Source: Octopus vulgaris
Taxonomy: Eukaryota
DNA length: 64,000 bases
Direction: 5' to 3'
Assembly (NCBI GenBank): GCA_951406725.2
Contig: OX597818.1
Location: 87,296,001 to 87,360,000 of the forward strand
Shown one piece after another: positions 51,946 to 64,000 of this stretch. A program made the position numbers and the translations under genes. Numbering within the stretch: the first letter of the stretch is position 1; every line of letters starts with the position of its first letter. A model generated the notes under the pieces. That model saw only the letters and a program-made list of their open reading frames with translations, made no database searches and had not been told where the DNA came from.

Positions 51946-52243
51946 CCTGATTCCAAAAAGTATGATATAGCTATGTAGAGCTAATATAGACTGAAACACA
52001 GGGGGTCCTGATTATTATATTACTAGCTTAAAAGCCGCACGGGGTGACTTTTAAGCTAGTTCCTGCAATGGGTTGATTGGGCCATCGGCCCCAAACCAAG
52101 GAGAACGATAATAATAAAGCATCTATTGGTACCCTACCAATATGGTATTACTTTAAATTCAGTTTAAATAAAAAAAAAACTTGTAACTTCAGAAATGTTT
52201 TGAGTTCTTTAAAAATTTGAATAGAACATACATACATACATAC

Positions 52244-52335
<92 letters not shown>

Positions 52336-53004
52336 TATACATGTGTCTGTGTGTGTGTGTAGTATATATATGTATTGTGACTTTGTGTCTGTGTTTGTCC
52401 CACACCAACGCTTGATAGCTAATGTTGCTCTGTTTACGTTCACGTAACTTAGCGGTTCGGTATAAGAGGCCAATAAAAATGTACGAGGCGTGAAAAAGAA
52501 AGGACTTGTGTCGATTTGTGCGAGTAAAATCTTTCAAGGCGGTGCCCCAGCGTGGCCACAATCTAACGACTGAAAAAAAAAAAAACCAAAATCCTAAGTA
52601 AAACTTAAAACTAAGGGAGGTAACTCTTGTACTTCTCAGTTCTTTTGCTTGCTAGAAATAGCAACCCAAATACTTTTAAATCAGATCCCACTGCTGAATG
52701 TTCAAGACAACATCAGATCCCAATGCTGAATGTTCAAGAACGAAGTGAAAGGCTGATTTTCAATCCCGGAATCATCCTGATTCCAAGAAGGTATAATATG
52801 TCTGTGTAGAGCAAATATAGACTGAGATACAGGGGTCCCAGACAGGCAGAATTTCGCTTTTATTAATATAGATATCATATCATATATATGTGCGAAACTT
52901 AACAGTACCATTAGTCGATAACTGATGAAGAATTATGGACCTGTTTATCTTCCGTTCGTTTTTACATTCAGTATACGTTACGTCGTTTCTTTATACATTT
53001 TTTC

Positions 53005-53038
<34 letters not shown>

Positions 53039-53863
53039 GATGGGCTTCCATACAGGTTCTGTCTACCAAATTCATTCTCACAAGACTTGATCAGCCTGGG
53101 ACTATAGTTGAAGACACTTGCCCAAGGTGCCGTGCGGGGGGAATGAACCCGAAACTACATGCTTGCAAAGCATGCATCTTAACCACAGAGTCATGCCTGA
53201 TTAGTACTATTTGTTGTTGTTGTTGTTGTTGTTGTTCTTCTTCTTCTTCTTCTTCTTCTTCTTCTTCTTCTTCTTCTTCTTCTTCTTCATCTTCTTCTTC
53301 TTCTTCTTCTTCTTCTTCTTCTTCTTCTTCTTCTTCTTCTTCTTCTTCTCCTCTTTCGAGTGAAGAACTTCGCAATGAGATGGAGAGATAGTGGCTTTTC
53401 TTTGTCTTTTCTCTTAATATTTCCTTTTTTTTTCTTTGTTGTTTGTATTTTTGACAATGAAGAAAGCAAATTAGATAAATAAATAAAAAATAAAATATCA
53501 AAAAAATGTCAACGGAACAAAATATAATACGAACGAGAAGCTGGAGGTGTATGGTCGGTGGGTATGGTACATCTGGTCGGAGATAATTTATTAAACTCTG
53601 TGGCAAATGCTCAGAAAAAAAAAGCACAAACGGAATTATTGAAGCAAATTCTGGAATTACCTTCGTTTATGCCGGCAGTCATAAGAAAAAAAAGACAACC
53701 AAAAAGAAAAGAAAAAAAGCTAAAAAGTAAACACATGTCAAATCTTTTTATGTGTGAATCGGGAATCTGGTGATTTTTGGAGAGATAAGCACCGAGCAGA
53801 GTGGTACCAAATGGTAAAGAAATATGATGCTAGAGGCAGGAGCACCATGCTGATAAGGTGAAC

Positions 53864-53914
<51 letters not shown>

Positions 53915-54342
53915 CTCTGTTGCAGATCGAACTACCAGAAACGACAGCCAATATTGTCTTCAAATCATATCCTGCAAATCTTGAGAAATGGAAGTACACA
54001 TTGGCTTATATAATCGCACGCACCTATAAAAAACAGGATGGTCTCATTTGGATTGTTTTTGATCATTGGTGTGCTCGATCGGAACTAACGTAGAGCCGAA
54101 TAAACTACAGGCCATAGAAAAGTGTTGTATTTTAACAACAGGTGTTACATGACATGACTTGTGTTTGGAAGTCTTGGGTACCGAGATCGAGTCATGCCAA
54201 AACAAATATGGTTCTTTTACACGATTTTTTTCTTCTTTTACTACACGCGCGTGCACACATTCACGTTCATGCACACACGCTCACGCATACACTAGTCTTT
54301 GTCATATATAGTGTCTCCATCAGAACCTACAGGTGTAGAGAA

Positions 54343-54755
54343 GGCGGCGAGCTGGCAGAAACGATAGCACGCCAGGCGAAATGCGTAGCCGTATTTCGTC
54401 AGCCGTTACGTTCTGAGTTCAAATTCCGCCGAGGTCGACTTTGCCTTTCATCCTTTCGAGGTCGATTAAATAAGTACCAGTTTCGCACTGGGGTTGATAT
54501 AACCGACTTAATCCGTTTGTCTGTCCTTGTTTGTCCTCTCTGTGTTTAGCCCCTTGTGGGTAGTAAAGAAATACGTATTTCGTCTGCCGTTACGTTCTGA
54601 GTCCAAATTCCGCCGAGGTCGACTTTGCCTTTCATCATTTCGGAGTCGGTAAATTAAGTACCAGTTACGCACTGGAGTCGATGTAATCGCCTTAATCCCT
54701 TTGTCCTTGTTTGTCCCTTCTATGTTTAGCCCCTTGTGGGCAGTAAAGAAATAAA
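54343..54755 (+). mobile_element. SINE family A with tandem 3' duplication
   Basis: The body restarts at ~54574 (CGTATTTCGTCTGCCG). Confidence 0.9.
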
Positions 54756-55023
54756 TAAACTTGATAGTGGGGAGATTTCATGCGTTATTGCCTCCATTCA
54801 TGTAAAATTAAACATACCCGCTATGGCATCAGCATGGCCGTGCGGTTAAGGCGCTCGCTTTGCAAGCATTTTGTTACAAGTTCAGTCCTACTGCACGGCA
54901 CTTGTGACAAGGGTCTTGTACTATAACTGCGGGTAGACCTATGTCTCGTGAGTGAATTTGTTGTTTTTTGCTTTTTTTATTAGATTTGTCTACACACACA
55001 TACGCACACACACGCACACACAT

Positions 55024-56240
55024 TAGGTCAAGTCAAAAGTTTTTTCGTATTTCAAGCTTTAATTAATAGTTCAAATAAATGACATAAGAAAAGCATTTAT
55101 TTGTCAAAAATATAATCCTATCATATTTTATTGTCTGCTGCTAGAAGATCAAGTCCACGCTTATACAATTTGATAGGTTGAGAGGTAAAAACTCTGCCTG
55201 TACACATTTTCAGCCTCCTCCACGGTTTTGAACCTCCGTCTGTACTAGAAATGAGCCATGACTCGGAAAATGTGGTAATCTGATGAAGCAAGGTCTAAAC
55301 TATAAGCAGGGTGAAGTTCCCCAAATTTGCGCTGAGCCACATTGCCAGTGTGAGCTGGTTCTTGTCATGCTGTAAGAGTGCGTGTCTTCGATTGACTAAT
55401 GCTGGGCAGCGGGTTTTCAAAGCATCATATACTCGCTGCAGTTGTTGCATATGAAGATTAACGTTCACAACACGACCAGCTGGGACAAGCTCAAAGTGCA
55501 ACAATCCTTCAAAATTCCACAACATGATCTTCTTTTCGGATGGCCCCTATTTGACAACAGGTTCTGAAGCCTGGCCGGAACGAAGCCAATGATGTCTCTT
55601 GTCAAAGATTACAAAAATAGATCCATTTTTTTCATTCCCAGTTACCAAAAATTACCAATCGATACCAAAAATTGGGCATCTTGAGGATTTGCCAGCAGTT
55701 GTTTGCAAATATCCACACGTCGTTGAGCATGGTCATTGGTCAGTTCATGAAGAACTTCTCAACAGCATCTGTTCACAAGGCAGGGATAATGGAGGTGTCG
55801 ATTCAGGGCGTATTGTGAAGACCAAGTTCTGCTGACAATGTACGAGTGCGTGTGCTTGGCTGTTGTTCAACCATTTCAAGCAAGGCATCATCTTCCACAG
55901 CAGAAGGTCTCTCTGACCTTGGTTTGTCTTCGAGGCTGGTATCACTTTCCTTGAAACGTCTGAACCAGTTTTGTGCCACACGTTCGTTGACAATTCTTGC
56001 GCCTTCAATATCATTAATTTCTTCTGCCGCTACCCTTGCATTCAGTCTTTTTCCCCATAGGTAGCTTAAAATGGCTCTAATTGCAATATTATCACCACTC
56101 ATTATCAAGGCTGTTAGATAAAGAATTCAAAATTAATAGTTGTAAGTTATTTATGAAAATAGAGAATAAACAATTCAGTTGTATGAAATTAATGATATGA
56201 TATGGAACAAGGAAAACCTGGAAAATATTTGACTCTACCT

Positions 56241-56242
<2 letters not shown>
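55024..56242 (-). mobile_element. Near full-length mariner relic
   Basis: IRAILSYLW...AQNWFRRFKESDTSLEDKPRS, LLQHD, DLASSDYHIF; TIR-like AGGTCAAGTCAAAAGT / ATATTTGACTCTACCT. Confidence 0.88.
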
Positions 56243-56285
<43 letters not shown>

Positions 56286-56287
<2 letters not shown>

Positions 56288-56572
56288 ACTCGCGATCGGA
56301 GGATCGCGGTTTCGATTCCAAGACCGGGCGTTGTGTGTGTTTATTGAGCGAAAACACCTAAAGCTCCACGAGGCTCCGGCAGGGGGTAGTGGTGACCCCA
56401 GTTGTACTCTTTCACCCCAACTTTCTCTCACTCTTTCTTCCTATCTCTTGAGTAACGCTGCGATGGACTGGTGTCCCGTCCAGCTGGGGGAAACACATAC
56501 ACCATAGAAACAGGGAAACCGGGCCCATGAGCCTGGCTAGGCTTGAAAAGGGCGCATAAATAAATAAATAAA
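56286..56572 (+). mobile_element. 5'-truncated SINE C with V-domain-like 3' half
   Basis: C-family head, then GCTGCGATGGACTGGTGTCCCGTCCAG, and a (TAAA)n tail. Confidence 0.8.
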
Positions 56573-57102
56573 TTATATATATATCTATCAGTTGAATAAA
56601 GTTACAACATGGTCTGGTTTTCAAGTCTTTTATAATTGTATTTAAATTTTTTTTTACAATGTTGAAGTGTGTTAAACATCAAGGAAATAGTTTGTAATGT
56701 ACATAAAGCTCAATTAGCGCTTTCATACGTTCATAGTAATCATCAGATTTCAAAATGTATTCAACTAACGGTTGAGTTCTTGACAATTGTAATAAAATGA
56801 CTGGCTTCTTCCTTTTTATACATTTTAGAAGGCTCCGACAAGCTGAATTTTTTGAATACGGTTTTGCCCAATCAGCATGCAGCTTTAGCTTCAAAGTTTA
56901 CCGGGCGCACCGATATTACTGGCATAGATCCCGCCTTTATTATAACCAATTAGCTTGCGGCTTACAAGTAGTGGTTGGGGATAAACACAAATGCAACAAT
57001 TCTCCTCTCAATATCGAGTTACTCCGAGAAAGAAATGTCCAGTCGTTAAAAATACACATACACACAAACACACAGATATATATGTACGTATGTATGCATT
57101 TG

Positions 57103-57134
<32 letters not shown>

Positions 57135-57174
57135 TGTATGTATGTATGTATGTATGTATGTATGTATGTATGTA

Positions 57175-57254
<80 letters not shown>

Positions 57255-57255
<1 letters not shown>

Positions 57256-57740
57256 GTAGATAGAGAATTGTCACTCTTTGACCGTTATTCGTAATTGACC
57301 CTGTTGGTGTGTGGATCCCAGGATGCCAACAGGGATTTCCTGAAGTGCAAGCAAGGCCCGAAGACTTCCGCCCTGGAGTTAAGGATGTTCCCCGGGTCAA
57401 GGGAGTCCTTTAATATCTTAGCTCATTCGTCTATGCACAGTTTACAACGCTTGATCCTATTTATGGGGGGGACTGGATTTTCTAAAACAAACAAGAGAGA
57501 CGGGAAATGGCATACACGGGAAACTTCATTGCTCACTACGATCGTTTCGACACATCCGGCATCGATCCTTCACGGGTGGGAAACTATACAATTAGCTGTG
57601 GTGCATCCCTCGGTCCAGAAGCGTCTCGTGGGGTGATGTAATAAGAGGTATCTCGTTCAATGAACTCTGTTTCGCTCGGGTTTAATACAGCATGTTGTAT
57701 GCTAAAGCTATTGGGCAGGAATGGAGAGGGAGATTCCTTT
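57255..57740 (-). mobile_element. Penelope-like element C-terminal relic
   Basis: Minus strand IKRCKLCIDE*AKIL...ILNSRAEVFGPCLHFRKSLL matches the C-x2-C..E..LNxRxE..CxH end of PLE GIY-YIG domains. Confidence 0.72.
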
Positions 57741-58110
57741 GCATACATAGATGCATATATATGTGTATGTATGTATGTATGTATGTATGCATGTATGTAT
57801 GTATGTATGTAAGCATGTGCGTATGTACGTGTGTGTGTGTATGTATGTATGTATGTATGTACGTGTGTGTGTATGTATGTATGATGTATATATATATGCA
57901 TAGATATATACATAAAATACACACAAGTAATGGATTTTGGACATTTATTAAAGGCTTACATATGTTTCCGATAAATATCGGAGGAGTCTAGTTCCATAAT
58001 TCAATCCTATTCATCAATCAAGCTATATTCGATCAAATAAAAAAAAAAGTCCTACACTTTTATCTCCATAATAAATTGACCGCAACAGAAAGGAAGTGTG
58101 TATATATATA

Positions 58111-58580
58111 CTCTTTTACTCTTTTACTTGTTTCAGTCATTTGACTGTAGCCATGCTGGAGCACCACCTTTAGTCGAGCAAATCGAACCCAGGATTTATT
58201 CTTTGTAAGCCTAGTACTTATTCTAGCAGTCCCTTTTGTCGAACTGCTAAGTTACGGGGACGTAAATACACAAGCATCGGTTGTCAAGCGATGTTGGGGG
58301 GCAAACACAGACAAACAAACATATACATACATGCATACATACATACATACATACATACATACATACATACATACATACATACATACATACATACATGCAT
58401 ATATATATATGTATATACATATATACGACGATCCTCTTTTAGTTTCCGCCTACCAAATCCACTCACAAGGCTTTGGTCGGCCCGATGCTATTGTAGAAGT
58501 CACTTGCCCAAGGTGCCACGCAGTGGGAAGGAACCTGGAACCATGTGATTCGTAAGCAAGCTATTTACCACACACCCACT

Positions 58581-58583
<3 letters not shown>
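58111..58583 (-). mobile_element. SINE family B (other partial copies ~34290-34700, 52370-52575, 53035-53200, 60207-60450)
   Basis: Family signature. Confidence 0.9.
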
Positions 58584-58662
<79 letters not shown>

Positions 58663-59235
58663 TGTGTGTGTATGTGTGTGCGCGCGCGTGTATATATATA
58701 TATATGTATGTATATATATAAATGCAAAAATGCATTAACCGTATAAGATCATTGAAAATTGCAACGTCTTTACATTTCCAGTCGTTTTCAGGATTTTGTA
58801 GTTTAGTATAAACCAACCCAATGTTGGGAACCAAAATTAATGTTTAATCAAATTAAATAACGCAAGCGAAGAAGAAAAAGAAAAGAAAGAGAAGGAAAAC
58901 CTTTAGCGTCAATGACAATACTTACCAATAAAAACAAAGGAAGACAACTCCGAGTTGGACATTGATGAATACTGCGAAATGACATGGAAGCACTGTTACT
59001 TTGCTATGTGAAATGGTAACGTATGTCCGTTATAGAAGAAGACTTGGATGTTGTCATAAAATGTGTTTAGTACACACACAGGTAATAATTGTTAATACGA
59101 CATTATTACAGGATTAAGAGTATCAATCTTGAAATGGTGGTTTATTACCCACGTTCTGATCGTAAATCTCGTCTTAGTTACTTTTCACTTTTTCCACCCA
59201 TTTTATACACACAGGAATAATCACACAAATAGGCC

Positions 59236-59312
<77 letters not shown>

Positions 59313-59363
59313 GCACACATACACATGTGCACACATACACGTACATTATACACGTACAAAAAC

Positions 59364-59419
<56 letters not shown>

Positions 59420-59468
59420 CTGCTTATGTTTTTGTTTGTTTATGTGTTACTGCATATGTATGTGTGTG

Positions 59469-59508
<40 letters not shown>

Positions 59509-59760
59509 TGTATATATACACATATATATACACATGTATATATGCATTTACATGCATACATACAAATATATACGCACATATATGTTAATATACGTTTATA
59601 TATACTGCTTGTATATCAATATGTATGTGTTTATATGTTTATATAAAAGTATATATATATGTATGTGTATATGAATTAAATATATACATACATAGATACA
59701 CACACACACACACACACACACATGTATATATGCAGAAGGTTGAAAAGTAACATATATATA

Positions 59761-59852
59761 CAGGGATGGCCATGAGTCGCTTTACCCATTTCTCATAATA
59801 ATAATAATAATAATAATAAAGAAATGAGCAAAGCGACTTATGGCCATCCCTG
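59761..59852. mobile_element. 92-bp Tc1/mariner micro-MITE with (AAT)n core
   Basis: TA|CAGGGATGGCCATGAGTCGCTTT...AAAGCGACTTATGGCCATCCCTG|TA. Confidence 0.85.
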
Positions 59853-59907
59853 TATGTATGTATGTATGTATGTATGTATGTATGTATGTACATATTTATC
59901 AATATAT

Positions 59908-59961
<54 letters not shown>

Positions 59962-60020
59962 ATACATATAGTGAAACCGTAAGATATATACATCTAAAAA
60001 TGTATATGTATATGCTTTGT

Positions 60021-60102
<82 letters not shown>

Positions 60103-61020
60103 GTGTGAGTGCGCGCATACGCGTGTATGTATATAGGAAGAAGGAGAGAGAGAGAGAGATGGGGAGGGAATAGAGAGAGGAAGAGCAAGTGAATTGGCGG
60201 GTAGATGTCAAGCGATGTTGGGGTGACAAACACAGACACACAAACATGTACATACGGATACATATATATATATGCATATACATATATGACGGGCTTCTTT
60301 TAGTTTCCGTCTACCAAATTCACCCACAAGGCATTGGTCGGCCCGAGGCTATAGTAGAAGACACTTGCCCAAGGTGCCGCGCAGTGGGACTGAACCCGGG
60401 ACCATGTGGTTGGTAAGCAAGCTACTTACCACACAGCCACTCCTACGCCTATATCACATACACATACGAACACGCACTTTCATTTGCTGTATTTCACCTA
60501 ACCAGCTTCTCTTATGTTTGTCAAATCCATAAACTTAATTCACGCATATATCATTGTTCTCCCACGCTTGCTGCACTTATTTCCTTCCTCATATTCCACT
60601 TTTGTTTGCTCCAAATCAGCTTCGTTCGTCCACTATTTCCGGTTTGTTAAATCATTCTTTCCAAATTTTCTCCCCTATGCCTTCTCCTATATTGAAAAAG
60701 AATCATACTCCAAAACGTCGAATTATCTTCTTTTCTTTTTGTTGTGTGTATGTATTTGTTAATTACATGGACTTTGTGGCTTGTTGTTTTATACTTTTGC
60801 TAATTTTTCTTTGTTTTTCCATTTCACCTACCTGGATAGTTAACTGGCATACATACGCACATAAATACACACAAACACATACATACAGACAGACATAACT
60901 AAATATATACATGCATACATACATACACAGATACACACATAAGCACATACAAATACGCACACCTATATTCGCTTGATAATCATGATGCCGTGAAACTCGA
61001 GCCACGAGCAAAAGAGTTCA

Positions 61021-61090
<70 letters not shown>

Positions 61091-61092
61091 GT

Positions 61093-61176
<84 letters not shown>

Positions 61177-61189
61177 ATGTGTGTGTTCG

Positions 61190-61537
<348 letters not shown>

Positions 61538-61564
61538 CATATATATATATATACATATATCAAA

Positions 61565-61789
61565 GGCGGCGAGCGGGCAGAAACGTTAGCACGCCGGGCG
61601 AAATGCGTAGCCGTATTTCGTCTGCCGTTACGTCCTGAGTTCAAATTCCGCCGACTTTGTCTTTCATCCTTTCAGGGTCGATTAAATAAGTACCAGTTTC
61701 CCACTGGGGTCGATGTAATCGACTTAATCCGTTTGTCTGTCCTTGTTTGTCCCCTCTGTGTTTAGCCCCTCGTGGGTAGTAAAGAAATA

Positions 61790-61790
<1 letters not shown>
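61565..61790 (+). mobile_element. SINE family A
   Basis: Family head to tail, with a small internal deletion. Confidence 0.92.
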
Positions 61791-61854
<64 letters not shown>

Positions 61855-62035
61855 CGTACATATATATGAATATATGTGTTTGTGTGTGTCTATACAGAAA
61901 TGTACATATCAACAGATACTTAGAGAAACATGATATATATATTTCTGTATGACCTGAGATTGAAATATCGATAAGCTCACCACAAGACCACATACTACCA
62001 CACCTGTATCTGTCTGTCTGTCTGTCTGTCTGTCC

Positions 62036-62110
<75 letters not shown>

Positions 62111-62619
62111 AAGAGAGCTGAACTAGAATTAAGGAAAGTTTTACTTTTCCGAATCTCTTTGATAGACACCGTAAAGACGAGAAGCAATGAGAAGCTGCAA
62201 GAAATATGTAAGTACTTATGTAGTCGAGAGCAAACCACAATTGACACAACAAACGAAACAGCAGTGAACCTTAATTAAATTAAGCTGAAAACATTAAACA
62301 GAGAATAACGGAGGAGATTTTGCATAATAGAAATAATCTACAAGATTTGCTCAGTTTTGAGAAGAAGTTGCAGTCCAACGTTTGCTCGATTTCATTTCAA
62401 TGTATCGTTTACAGCGTTGATTTATCGTCTGCTTCTCTCATATATCTTAAGACGGACATCTTGCCTCTCCCAATAGACTCCGAAACTCAACTAATGTAAT
62501 CCGTTCTCCATTTACAGATTATTTTCAGTTACGAATAAAATACGTGTATATATTGTTGCAGTTCTGACAATTTTATTTATTTATTTATTCATTTATTTAT
62601 CTGTCTAACTTGCAACACG

Positions 62620-63545
<926 letters not shown>

Positions 63546-63767
63546 GCGACTGGGTTTGCAAACATGGCAAAACTGTACTAATGTACTCAATACATTTAGT
63601 ATTGCTTATGCATGTATTACAATCTGTAAAGAACGGAAACGGCGGACTCAGATTACCGTTAGCTTGTTGATGGCATCAGCAAATAAAGAAGTCAATTCAA
63701 CGAGATTAAGTATTATTTAATGATATTTATATATTTGATATTTGATAATATTGTATAATGAATTTAA

Positions 63768-63807
<40 letters not shown>

Positions 63808-63872
63808 ACAGATATTTTGAAACTGAACCACTGCCGAATCGTGCTCAGTCTACACACACACACGCACGCACG

Positions 63873-63913
<41 letters not shown>

Positions 63914-64000
63914 GCACACACACTCACACACACACACACATAAGATGTTTTGGTATCCAGAGGATCCAAAAGGCAGGTAAGTCTATGTAAGTGCTACGGA

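Noticed and set aside
51945-52840. ~65-bp direct repeat (51945-52010 and 52773-52838) and a 13-bp-stem hairpin at 52023-52060
   Set aside because: Real but unassignable; no TSD, coding or RNA-motif evidence to support a call.
52921-52960. CTGATGA as another hammerhead or box C
   Set aside because: No downstream stem II-GAAA and no D box with a terminal stem.
53490-54030. Unique-looking sequence with short ORFs
   Set aside because: No recognisable motif, frequent stops and no consistent splice signals; probably an old TE relic.

Overview
AT-rich, microsatellite- and transposon-dense eukaryotic DNA. The tRNA-derived SINE families and repeat landscape suggest an octopod cephalopod (inference). 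Two host genes are supported. (1) The 5' end of ribosomal protein gene RPL18 on the - strand: TOP/TCT start, ATG-only exon 1 at 7394-7396, exon 2 at 7182-7268, and an intron 2 of >7.1 kb that runs off the left edge. (2) A single-exon 1001-aa BTB-BACK protein (39407-42412, +) with no Kelch propeller, an N-myristoylation-type start and an acidic 14/28-aa tandem-repeat tail. RPL18 intron 2 holds a tandemly amplified family of box C/D snoRNA-like elements (4 intact and 2 decayed copies) with a conserved guide I cannot assign to a target; one copy lies inside a Tc1/mariner relic. The rest is SINEs, decayed CR1/L2, RTE, R4/Dong and Penelope retroelements, Tc1/mariner relics, TTAA MITEs, Helitron/Helentron fragments, long palindromes, minimal hammerhead-ribozyme relics and mini/microsatellites. 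One Penelope relic has a GIY-YIG motif split by a ~200-aa low-complexity insert. Most ORF-track entries are repeat artefacts. Repeat boundaries were read by eye and are approximate.
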